In this document: positions 11,213-23,198 of the stretch, piece after piece | Layout of the letters: every line of letters begins with the position of its first letter | Position numbering within the stretch: the first letter of the stretch is position 1 | DNA from: Nemertoderma westbladi | Taxonomy: Eukaryota; Animalia; Xenacoelomorpha | NCBI GenBank assembly: GCA_032718475.1 | Contig: JAUCBJ010003098.1 | Location: forward strand, 4,988 to 68,987 | Direction: 5' to 3' | Length of the DNA stretch: 64,000 nucleotides | Notes under the pieces: model-generated | Told to the model about the DNA's origin: nothing | Databases searched by the model: none | Seen by the model: the letters and a program-made list of their open reading frames with translations, nothing else | Program-made: the position numbers and the translations under genes

Positions 11213-12000
11213 TGTCGGATTCGAACCTGGGACCTCGAGGTGGAAGCCGAGACTACAACCACTAGGCCACAGGTTCTTGAGATATGGAGTATTAATTTCA
11301 AAGCCAGCTGCCATTTACCAGCTGGCTTGTCTGTTTACCGGCTGCCATTAGTCCTACAATTGCGCCAATAAAAGATAAGTTATTTTCGGTAAAATAAACT
11401 TATCATTCGAGGTAAAGACCCCTAGATCCCTTCCTATAATAAATCTCTGGATGGCACATTCACAAGAATGCTACTCCGGGTTCATTGTGTCAAGTACAAT
11501 GCACACATCTCCAACCAGACACTATATAACATTGGAGGTGTCTCATTGGTTCCCCCAAGCTTGACACTAGAACAAAATCGCGTGAATTATCGTGAATAAG
11601 CATGGTGGACAGCCCATGACTTTCTTGAGACGCATCTTAAAGGACACTGGCCTTGAAGATGCGGATGATCTAGCAAATGTCATGGGTGATAGGGAGTTGT
11701 GGCGGTGCAATTTTGTTGACAAGCCGGCACAGCATTCTTAAAAATGCAGTTCCAATGCAGCATGCCGATCCTAGTAGTAGTAGTGGTAGCCGGTCAGGTT
11801 GGTGGTTACTCTATCTATGGTACTGTTTGTGTAGGCCTAGTCTTATTTAGGTCTAATATAGGATAAAGGGGGAAAGATTATGAGTGTGGAATGGGAATAA
11901 CTACAGAACTATTAGGTTGGATGGAGGGTAAGGGATTGGCATGGTAGCAGTGGCAAGATATAAACAGTTTTTGAATCGCATTTCGATTTTTTACTTATTT

Positions 12001-13886
12001 GGTACACGCACACAATCATACTCTTAGGTAATATTTTATACTATGTGCTACACGCACACAATCATACTCTTTTATACTTATGTGCTACTACACGCTCACA
12101 ATCATACTCTTTTATACTTATGTGCTACACGCACACAATCATACTCTTTTATACTTATGTGCTACTACACGCTCACAATCATACTCTTTTATACTTATGT
12201 GCTACACGCACACAATCATACTCTTTTATACTTATGTGCTACTACACGCTCACAATCATACTCTTTTATACTTATGTGCTACACGCACACAATCATACTC
12301 TTTTATACTTATGTGCTACACACACACAATCATACTCTTTTATACTTATGTGCTACACACACACAATCATACTCTTTTATACTTATGTGCTGCTACACGC
12401 TCACAATCATACTCTCTTATACTTATGTGCTACACGCACACAATCATACTCTTTTATACTTATGTGCTACACGCACACAATCATACTCTCTTATACTTAT
12501 GTGCTACACGCACACAATCATACTCTTTTATAATTATGTGCTACACGCACAAAATCATACCCTTTTATACTTATGTGCTACACGCGCACAATCATACTCT
12601 TTTATACTTATGTGCTACACGCACACAATCATACTCTTTTATACTTATGTGCTACACGCTCACAATCATAATCTTTTATATTTATGTGCTGCTACACGCT
12701 CACAATCATACTCTTTTATACTTATGTGCTACACGCACACAATCATACTCTTAGGTACTCTTTTATACTTATGTGCTACACGTACACAATCATACTCTTT
12801 TATACTTATGTCTATGTGCTGCTACACGCTCACAATCATACTCTTTTATACTTATGTGCTACATGCACACAATCATACTCTTAGGTACTCTTTTATACTT
12901 ATGTGCTACACGCACACAATCATACTCTTTTATACTTATGTGCTGCTACACGCTCACAATCATACTCTTTTATACCTATGTGCTACACGCACACAATCGC
13001 ACTCTTTTATACTTATGTGCTACACGCACACAATCATACTCTTTTATACTTATGTGCTACACACACACAATCATACTCTTTTATACCTATGTGCTACACG
13101 CACACAATCATACTCTTTTATACTTATGTGCTACACGCACACAATCACACTCTTTTATACTTATGTGCTACACGCACACAATCATACTCTTTTATACTTA
13201 TGTGCTACACGCACACAATCACACTCTTTTATACTTATGTGCTACACGCACACAATCATACTCTTTTATACTTATGTGCTACATGGACACAATCACACTC
13301 TTTTATACTTATGTGCTACACGCACACAATCATACTCTTTTATACTTATGTGCTACACGCACACAATCATACTCTTTTATACTTATGTGCTACACGCACA
13401 CAATCATACTCTTTTATACTTATGTGCTACACGCACACAATCATACTCTTTTATAATTTGTGCTACACACACACAATCATACTCTTTTATACTTATGTGC
13501 TACACGCACACAATCATACTCTTTTATACTTATGTGCTACACACACACAATCATACTCTTTTAGACTTATGTGCTACACGCACACAATCATACTCTTTTA
13601 TAATTTGTGCTACACACACACAATCATACTCTTTTATACTTATGTGCTACACACACACAATCATACTCTTTTATACTTATGTGCTACACGCACACAATCA
13701 TACTCTTTTATTCTTATGTGCTACACGCACACAATCATACTCTTTTATACTTATGTGCTACACACACACAATCATACTCTTTTATACTATGTGCTACACG
13801 CACACAATCATACTCTTTTATAATTTGTGCTACACACACACAATCATACTCTTTTATACCTATGTGCTACACACACACAATCATAT
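12001..13886. repeat. 35-38-bp minisatellite (~52 copies)
   Basis: Unit tgtgctacacgcacacaatcatactcttttatactta, with variants. Confidence 0.97.
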
Positions 13887-13937
13887 TCATAGGTATTATT
13901 ATGTATATCGGCATGGCCTTGGAATTCATTACGAGTA

Positions 13938-14061
13938 ACTTATACTATAATTACTATTAATTTATTACCACCTACTATAATGATTATTACTTTATTACCT
14001 CCTACTATAATTATTATTACTTTATTACCTCCTACTATAATTATTATTACTTTATTACCTT
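13938..14061. repeat. 30-bp minisatellite, left part (interrupted by the CRE-type LINE)
   Basis: Unit actttattacctcctactataattattatt, same as 18483-19022. Confidence 0.9.
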
Positions 14062-17000
14062 TATTGTACTGTACACTAACTCTGTATGGTATTGGTAACA
14101 TTGTACTGTACACTAACTCTGTAAGGTATTGAACTATTGGTGTTGTCCCCTGACTGTCAGACATCCTGGCGCCAACGGGTATAGAGTAGAACTTAGAACT
14201 GCGTCACCTGCGTTTCTCCTACTCGCGATGCCCTGCTGCACTTGCAGTAGCTCCGGGTCGGGCCACCGCTGTAAGAGATGCACCTGCGTCACTGCGGGAC
14301 GGGAGTGTACTAACTGCGCCCCGGGAAAGAAGGGGAAGTGTTTCAACGGTGGTGGGACATCTTCCTCGCAGCCGCTGCCTTCTCCTACCGAGAGAATCGT
14401 ATCCATTCCAGGTTCACTTTCACTGTCGCAGCCATTGCCAGCGGATAGTGGTGGCGAGGAAGAAGATGACGAAGTTCAATGGCATGATACTTTGGTGGAC
14501 TTCGATATAACTTTATCGGATATGACCAGCCATTTGGGTGTTCCAGTGGCCTTTGTGTCGGGTGTCCCCGTGGCAAGTGCGGGTGGCCCCCTAGTCCCCA
14601 CAGAGTCTGGTGTGGTCCCTCAAGTTCCCCCAGGGTCTACCCTTGGAATTCCCATGGTTCCCCCAGTGTCTGGCGTTGGTCCCTATGGCCCCCTGGTTCT
14701 CCCAGGGTCTACAGTCTCCCCAGGGGTTCTCCCAGTGTCTGGAGTCACCCCAGTGGTTCCCGCAGAATCTGGTGTTGGCCCCCTGGTTCCCCCAGTGTCT
14801 GGAATCACCCTCGTGGTACCCACAGTGTCTGGCGTTGGCCCCCTGGTTCTCCCAGTTTCTGGAGTCACCCACGTGGTTCCCCAAGTGTCTGGCATTGGCC
14901 CCCTGGTTCTCCCAGTTTCTGAAGTCACCCACGTGGTTCCTCAAGTGTCCGGCGGTGGCCCACTGGTTCCCCCAGGATCTACAGTCTTACCAGTGGTTCC
15001 CCCAGGGTCTACAGTCTCCCCAGTGGTTCCCCCAGGGTCTACAGTTTCCCCAGTGGTTCTCCCAGGGTGTATAGTCTCCCCAGAGGTTCTCCCGGTGTCT
15101 GGAGTCACCCTCGTGGTTCCCCAAGTGTCTGGCGTTGCCCCCCGGGTTCTCCCAGGGTCAACAGTGTCCCCAGTGGTTCCCCCAGGGTCTACAGTCTCCC
15201 CAGTTGTTACCCCAGGGTCCACAGTCTGCCCAGTGGTTCTCCCACCGCATGGCGTTGGCTCCTTGGTTCCGCCAGTGTCTGGAGTCACCCTCGTGGTGCC
15301 GCCAGTAGTGTCTGGAGCCACCCCCGTGCTTCCGCCAGTGTCTGGCATTTGCCCCCTGGTTCTCCCGGGTGTTAGAGTCTCTGCAGTGGTTCCCCCATTG
15401 TCTGGAGCCTCATCCGTTGTTCCCCCAGGGTCTGGTACCCAGGTCCCGAGGGTGACTGAAATTACATGGGGTCAGAAAAAACTACCCAAACTCCAGTTTT
15501 TTGAAGCTCTAGACAATTTGTACAACGAGGTGGTACATTGGCCCGCGAATCTATTTTTAGTGCCTCAGGGGGCGATTGGTCGACAATTAGTTGGGGAGAT
15601 GTCGAGACTCATTGCTCTTGCATCTACGGAGAATCTGTTGACAGACGTTGCGGCGATTGCGCTAATGGTGTTGCCTGCCCTGCTCCTTCAGAAACCGAGT
15701 CGTTCTTCGACGGCGGCAACTCATCGTCGTGTTCTAGAACGGCGATTGGGGAGCTGGAGGGGAGGTGAGTTCGAAGAATTGGTGGTTGAGGCTCGTGCGA
15801 TCCAGTATCACCTGCCGAAACGGCGGCAAACCGCTTTGCAAACTGTCGCCATGCAGAAGGCGTTCGTTCGCCATATGCTGACGGGGAATATTTCTGCCGC
15901 TACGAGATGCTTCAGTGAGGCTTACCGAGGAGCGCCAATGAAGTTGAACGATTCGTTCACTGATAAAGATGGCGTAATGAAGATCGTAGGTGACGTATTG
16001 CGTCAGAAACACCCCCCAGCGCAACCGGCGGACGAGTCCATACTCATCTCGGAGTTTAGCGGTGCGCCGGAGCATCATGAAGTTATATTTGAGGCGATTA
16101 ACGGGGAGGTGATTCTGTTGAGTTTACTCCGGATGAAGGGGAATGCCGCCGGGCCGTCCGGGTTGGATGTGCAGGGGTGGAAACACCTCCTGACAAAGTT
16201 TCGGACGGAGTCAACCGGCCTGGCCAACCAGATTGTGGAGTGGGCGAAACAGATCGCGCAGAAGGTGGTTTCTCCGGATTCGATATCCGCGTTGCTAAAC
16301 TCGCGTCTACTGGCGCTCGATAAGAACCCCGGAGTTCGACCCATAGGGATCGGAGAGGTTCTCCGTCGGGTCATCGGTAAGTCAATTATATACTGCATCC
16401 GTGAGGATCTCCAGGCTGTTGGAGGAGGGATTCAACTCTGTCTCGGCCAGAAAGCCGGCATTGAGTTCGCTATCCACAGCCTCAATGATGCGTTCGACGA
16501 TGATGACTGCGACGCAGTGCTACAGATAGACGCAACAAACGCGTTTAACATTCTTAACAGACAGGCTGCGTTGCACAATATTCACGCGGTGTGTCCGGCG
16601 TTACACACAATCATAACCACGTAACCAACTGCTACAGTCGCCCATCCCGGTTGTTTGTTGGCGGAGACTCCTTGCTCTCCGAGGAGGGTACTACCCAGGG
16701 TGACCCGGTTGCCATGGCGATGTTTGGGCGCGGGACCTTGCCGTTTATCAGGACGTTGGGCGAGAGCTGTAAGATCCTTCAGCGATGGTTTGCGGATGAT
16801 GGGAATGCGGCTGGGAAGCTCGTCGAACTGCGTAAGTACTGGGATATCGTGTCTCGACTTGGCCCGCTGTACGGATACTACCCGTCGAAGTGTCACCTAA
16901 CTGTTAAGCTGGATAAGCGGGAGGAGGCCGAGGAATTATTTGCCAATACCGGCGTCATAATAAACACGGTTGGCCACGAACTCCTCGGCGGGGTTATCGG

Positions 17001-18482
17001 GACGGAGGAGTTTCGACGCGAATATACCGCGAAGAAAGTGGAGGAGTTTACGGCCCAGGTCGACCGGATCACCGACATAGCTGCGGTGGATCACCACTGT
17101 GCGTACGCCGGGCTGGTGTTCGGTTTGTCGTGCCGGTGGCGGTACGTGTCGCGGGTAGTTCCTGGTGCAACCGACCACTTCGGGAAACTCGAAGAGTCGG
17201 TAGAACTCTTCCTCTGCCAGATCACCGGCAGAGCGTCGATTTCGTCGGAAGAAAGACAGCTGCTGTCCCTGCCAGTCCGGCACGGTGGATTGGGCGTTCC
17301 GGTTCCCGCCGACCTCGACGCACAGTACGGCAACCCGCGCGATATGTGCGAACCGTTTCATCTAGCTGATACCCATTCGATGTCGGTAATCCGGGAGCGG
17401 CAGAAGCTGGCATTGGCCGCGCTGAAAGTTCGTGAGGCGCTGCACCTGAAAACTAAAACAGAAGAGGTTTACAGGAATGGCAAGTTGTGTGAGTTAACCT
17501 CAGAGAAAGGCGCTTCAACTTGGCTTAACACCAAACCGCTAACCCAAGTTCAAACTCACCTAGATAAGGAAGAGTTCCGAGACGCCCTGAGTCTACGTTA
17601 CGGGTGGTCCCCTAAGGATCTCCCAGCTCGTTGTGCATGTGGGAGCGATTTTCCGCTTCGCATATTCTGTCGTGCCCTACTGGAGGTTTCCCCTCCATAA
17701 GGCACAACGAGATCCGCGATTTCGTGGCTGATTCCCTTACCGAGGTGGCGCACAATGTGGCAGTTGAGCCGATGCTCCAGCCACTGACAGGCGAGCAGTT
17801 CGCACTCCGATCCGCTTCGACTGACCAGCAGGCGCGGCTGGACGTTTCGGTGAGTGGCTTCTGGGGCAACCGCTTCCAGAGGACCTTCATCGACGTTTCA
17901 GTATTCAACCCGCTGGCCGCTACGAACGCCGCCATGTCTTTGGATGCTGCCCATCGCCATCACGAGGACCGAAAGATCCAGAAGTACGAGGAGCGGGTGA
18001 GGGAGGTTGAACACGGCAACTTCACTCCCCTCATCTTCACAGCTTTCGGCGGGATGTCCAAAGCCGCCACGCAGTTTGTTACTCGCCTGGCCAACAAGAA
18101 CACGGACAAAAGGGAGGTCCGGTACTCCGACAGTATCACCTGGGTTCGCCGGCGACTGAGTTTCGCGTTGCTGAGGTCGTCGCTGCTCTGTCTGCGTGGC
18201 TGTAGATCAGCTTCTCGCCGCCCAGTCCGCTGCAATATCGCGGAGGCGTCCATTCTCCTGGCGAATGCAAACTCGGACCCAACAGGCTGAATGGCAGTGC
18301 AGTGGTAGGCAGTACACAGTACATACTGTTTAAATAGCAATCCGGTTGCTAGGCAGCCGTCAAATACAGCTGGTGGTGGTTGTACAATTGTGTATAATGC
18401 AGTAATGTTGAATATTAATAAGAATATATTACTATCCGACTAGTTGGTCGGGCGAAGAAAAAAAAAAAAAAAAAAAAAAAAA
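14062..18482 (+). mobile_element. Near full-length CRE-clade-like non-LTR retrotransposon (RT + C-terminal restriction-like endonuclease), two frameshifts
   Basis: AAGPSGLD, LDKNPGVRPIGIGEVLRR, IDATNAFN, QGDPVAM, WFADD, RHGGLG, CACG...HILSC (CCHC), RHNEIRD, RLDVSV...IDVSV. AATAA signal and poly(A) at 18458-18482. 13-bp TSD actttattacctt at 14049-14061 and 18483-18495. Frameshifts near 16615 and 17655. Confidence 0.85.
14590..15440 (+). repeat. Degenerate 30-bp coding repeat (PVVPPGSTVS / PLVPPVSGVT) in the N-terminal part of the CRE-type ORF
   Basis: Recurrent ccagtggttcccccagggtctacagtctcc units, in frame in ORF 14129-16624. Confidence 0.85.
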
Positions 18483-19022
18483 ACTTTATTACCTTCTACT
18501 ATAATTATTATTACTTTATTACCTCCAACTATAATTATTATTACTTTATTACCTCCTACTATAATTATTATTACTTTATTACCTCCTACTATAATTATTA
18601 TTACTTTATTACCTTCTACTATAATTATTATTACTTTATTATCTCCTACTATAATTATTATTACTTTATTACCTCCTACTATAATTATTATTACTTTATT
18701 ACCTTCTACTATAATTATTATTACTTTATTACCTCCAACTATAATTATTATTACTTTATTACCTTCTACTATAATTATTATTACTTTATTACCTCCAACT
18801 ATAATTATTATTACTTTATTACCTCCAACTATAATTATTATTACTTTATTACCTTCTACTATAATTATTATTACTTTATTACCTTCTACTATAATTATTA
18901 TTACTTTATTACCTCCTACTATAATTATTATTACTTTATTACCTCCTACTATAATTATTATTACTTTATTACCTTCTACTATAATTATTATTACTTTATT
19001 GCCTCCTACTATAATTATTATT
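18483..19022. repeat. 30-bp minisatellite, right part (18 copies), ending ~20 nt before the splice acceptor
   Basis: Unit actttattacc(t/c)tctactataattattatt. Confidence 0.97.
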
Positions 19023-19043
19023 TCTATATTCGCTCCCCATTAG

Positions 19044-19462
19044 GTATGGGTAAGAGAATGGGCGGTAGCCATGGTGGAGGCGGCAGTGACGGGAAGCATT
19101 GTGTCCACATGCGGGGACTACCCTACAGAGCAACCGAGGCGGACATCCACGACTTCTTTAGTCCGCTGATTCCCGCCACCGTCAAGATCATAACCAACGA
19201 GCAGGGTAAGGCTAGCGGCGACGCGCAGGCCACGTTCGCATCGCACGACGATGCGGTAAACGCGATGACAAAGGATCGATCGACCATCGGCACTCGCTAC
19301 ATCGAGCTGTTCCTTAACTCCACCAAGGGCTACGGGGAGTCCAGTGATATGATGGGCGGCGGTGGTGGGCAGAATTATGGATACGGCGATGGAACCAGTT
19401 ACTACGAGAACCAAGGCGGCTCTGGGGGAGGCAGACGGTCTGGGGGGATTATTAACTTCTGA
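19044..19462 (+). CDS. HNRNPH: hnRNP F/H family protein, last exon (qRRM3 and Gly-rich tail)
   Basis: [24 protein letters not shown]...[21 protein letters not shown]...[10 protein letters not shown]. Acceptor ccccattag| at 19043, phase matches the donor. AATAAA near 19622. Confidence 0.92.
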
Positions 19463-22391
19463 AATGATTCAAAGTAACTCATTTGACTAACTTATATTTT
19501 GCTTGCTAACTGATTGGTTTTGTGTTCTATGGATCAATGTATTTAGGTTTTATTTATAGACTCAGTTGTTCTTAAACGTTGTTTGTTAATCACCTGGAAT
19601 GCAGACTGAGTTCTGAGGATTAATAAAAAAAAAGGTTATTTATTAATTAGTTCTCAATGTATAATTAGGTATCACTATCGCATCAATTAGTAGTAAAATC
19701 CTAGAATGAATTTATCTTGACCATTTTGGCGCAAAACTAGATACTTCCGAGTCACAATTTGGTTTCAAAATAAGTTATGCACATAATTATGCACATACAC
19801 TCTAAAAGAATTCATAGAGTACTATTTAGATAAGGAAAGCCCAGTTTACATCTGACCCATATGTTGCCGTTATTCCCGACACCAGGGGGGAAAACGCCGA
19901 TGCTGGAGGCAGAACTTTCAGACCGCTATGTCCCGACCAGTCACCGGATATTGGGAGTGGAGAAGGACGTTGTCTTAAATGCAGAGTAGAAAAAGAGTTT
20001 TGTTGGTTGGATATTAATCTTTATTTGGTCGACACTCTGAACTCTGATTTGCACTCTGAAATCTTGCACTATGTTACACTGATTACTCTGATTGAGAATA
20101 ATTTGGGCTTCCCCACACCAATATACCAAATATTCACAATAATACACAAGATGAAATTCCTACAGTAAATTATTTAATTACCCCTCTGTTCGCTTAACTT
20201 TCAGATTTTGACCTAACTAATGTTCCCCATTTTCCCTTGGTCCTAGTCCCGGTACAGTAGTGTCAGCGTCGGTCGATCCATTGCTTGTCCGCTCCACCCT
20301 TCCTGATCCCATACGGGTCAGTCATTAGGAAAGCGGCGTGGCTTAGCTAGGGATTCTGTCGGTTCGTCGCAGTCAAAACTACCTATGCTTTCCGAGTCCT
20401 TTTCAGGCTCGTAATCACGTTAGTAGTCAAGAACCCGCTCTGAATAGTCGGTATGCCTGTAAGGTCCAGTAGTATACCGCTTACCGGATCCTAGTAACGA
20501 TGTATCTTACCGTAAGATCTAGTAATGTATACGGGCTCGTACAGTATCTGACAACAAATCCCAGTCCAGGATATCTAAACAAACAGATACAATACACAAA
20601 CTACTACTGGCGAGGAACAGAGCCTAGTGTCTATTCTATGTACGTGAGCGGGTCTAATGCCTACGAACTAGACAAAAGGATACCTGTCCTCTAACCGGTG
20701 AGGCAGATGTACAGTTACAGTAAAAGACCAAACTCACGGGAAAACAATCCCCGCGCAGCGAATCCTAACTATCGCTGACAGTCCTAAATACCATAACTTG
20801 CCGCGGTGTGATTTATATGGTTTATATACGAGCTAGTGGGTTAACAGACCTAGCGTAACAACACTGATTCAGTCCTAAATCAGTCGAAAAGGGGTCGTGC
20901 CTAATGTAACAATACTGCTGAGCAGAAAAAAACAGTTTAATAACGAAAATGAAATACTCCTTATTGCCGTAACTAAATATCAGATCCTAATTTACAAATA
21001 CAGATAAATTCTACCTAAAGTAATATATAGTACGCTATAACTAGTAGAACTCTAAGGGTAAATATGTTTTAGGGCGTGTGTGTGTGGGTGTGTTACAATA
21101 AAACAATTTTGGTGTATATCTTTTCACTAGGTTTTAGTGATTTTCTGACCGAAATGATACCGTGCGCTAGCTACTAAAATAAGCTAGTCGCATTTTGTAG
21201 AACTTTATACTCACAAATGACGTCAAAGCTCTCTCCTTCCTATCCACAACTCAATGGGCAACCACGGTGTTAGTAACTACACCCGTGATCGGCACTAATA
21301 CCAGATTCTGGTTGTAAGATAAGAAATAGGGGTTAATCGCTACCGTACGTTAGCTGATCTGGTATACAAATTTAATTCTAGAACTTTGTTGCCGCGGTAG
21401 TTAGCAGCAAATACCTATCAGTACGTGGCAAGGCGCGGTAGGATATTAATAAAACCTCCCTAGGCCAAGCGGTGTGCCGGTAGCAGAAATACTACTTGCC
21501 TGATCAAATAACTAACTTCAGACAGGGGGGGGGGGGGGGGGGGGTACTAATGTATGTTCTACAAGCGAACCGGTACCAAACAGTCAGTACTACGAATCAC
21601 TAAATTATGGAACATATGCTGTCCGTACCTATGTACTCGCGTACTGACGAATGGCAATAGCTCGCACCTGTGAGAAATACAGGTTAACCCAGGGGTTCGC
21701 AGGACTGACAAAGGGGTTTCTGCCTAAATATAATTATTTGATCCTAAATTTTGCGGCGTCCAGGACGGCGTCACGCTTACCCTGATCTATAGGTCTTACG
21801 GCGGGCAAGGGCGTCGAACAAAGTCTTACCTTCCTCATAAAGCGGGCGCTGCATGGCAAGTGGAGTATTTCGAAGGGCAAAGGGGGTGCGCGGTCAAATC
21901 CAATGTGGGCGCTAGCGTGTTGTGGACATCTTTCCCCTGCGTTGCTGACGGCCTAACGGTCTAGGCTGCCATCTTCCCGATGTTTGGCTGTCCCAAGGTT
22001 GGACCAAAAGAAAACATGTCCAGGAGTTTGCAGTGTATTTACAGTTTAGCAAAAGATTTATCAAACAGAATTACGATAGTTTCAACAAGAAACCAACAAA
22101 GTATAACGAAATGATTAGTGCAACTAGTGCAGCAAGTTTACAAGAGTAAGTTAAGCAAGTAGAAGTACAAATGTGTGTGTGATAACCAAAGGCAAACCAG
22201 CCCTTTATATACTAAATCTGGGACATAGAATTCACTAGAACCTTCGAGAGTATTCGATGGCCTCACATTGGAGCAATAAGATATTCCATGCCCTATGATT
22301 GGCCCAACTCATCGTTCGATACGTTGTACGCACCTCATTGGCTTACCAATCTGTACCAAATGAAAATAAATGGCCCCAAAATACAAATTTC

Positions 22392-22460
22392 CCGACCGGG
22401 ATTCGAACTCGTAACCTATCCGTAATGTAACCAACGCCTTAACCATCTGACCACTACGCC
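22392..22460 (-). other. tRNA-like / SINE-head sequence
   Basis: Minus strand ggcgtagtggtcagatggttaaggcg...gagttcgaatcccggtcggg with A and B boxes. The anticodon arm is irregular. Confidence 0.5.
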
Positions 22461-23198
22461 ACGAGAGTAACTAGGGGTTTTATGTATACAAATATGAATA
22501 GGCATATTACATTACTGTAACTTACTCAAAATGCGTCGGATTTTCGAAAGTTTTTACGTTAAAGTTAAACTACAAATGCTATCTTATAGTGAAATAATTC
22601 ATCACCGCTCCATGAAAACAGTAAGTAAGACTGTTTTCACCAATCGAAATACAAAATATTTACAAACTACTTCTAAATCTACTGGTGGGGCCTAAAATAT
22701 AAAATAATCACTATCTAATTATTGCATACTTAATATTGCAGATACGGCGTAAATACAATCGATCGTACATACAAATACAAATTTACCAATTAACTTTAGT
22801 GCCTAAAATACAAAAATGCTTTCGGTTATCAAGATAAACAAATCAAACAAATCAGAACAAATAAATCAAAACAAACCGAACAAATAATTGTAACTTCTTT
22901 CAATAAATCTTTATATATTGTAAATACATAATAAACTTCCACCAAATTAAATCAGTTCAAATATAAAATAAACATAAAGCGCTAATAACTTCCAAATAAG
23001 TCTTAAAGTGTCCCTTTGACGATATGAAAGTTCGTCCTGCTGGTCTGGATATCTTCTCCTGAGCACTAATTGCTAACGGTAGGCTCGCAAGCCTTCCTTT
23101 CCATATCTCGTTCTTCCAAATCCAACATTCATACATAATATCCGAATATAAATATCCAAATATCGGTAGGCTCGCAAGCCTTCCTTCTTCTCGCTTTC

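Larger units (their letters stand above)
10515..11440 (-). mobile_element. Non-autonomous Penelope/retrozyme-like element: ~2 tandem 412-bp units plus an inverted partial copy
   Basis: Direct repeats start at 10512 and 10924. Bases 11349-11440 are the reverse complement of part of the unit. 12-bp TSD aaatctctggat at 10503-10514 and 11441-11452. Confidence 0.8.
10326..11782 (+). mobile_element. 5'-truncated RTE-clade LINE with a (TAG)n tail
   Basis: Translation GKAWAALNRLSRIWK...KLKVRLFRAAVVPVLLYGS..W..T..SLD/GTFTRMLLR...DRELWR. Tail tagtagtagtag. 7-bp TSD gtggtag at 10319-10325 and 11783-11789. Confidence 0.78.
10187..11848 (+). repeat. 66-bp tandem triplication of the exon/intron boundary; third copy split by the RTE insertion
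   Basis: gtggtagccggtcaggttggtgg...tcttattt starts at 10187 and 10253. The third copy starts at 10319 and resumes at 11783. Confidence 0.9.

Noticed and set aside
12043-13960. Long ORFs (631 aa and others) in several frames
   Set aside because: They are translations of the 35-38-bp minisatellite, which lacks stops on this strand.
18444-19043. 199-aa ORF ([10 protein letters not shown])n
   Set aside because: Poly(A) tail plus the 30-bp minisatellite inside an intron; its 'stop' is the splice-acceptor TAG.
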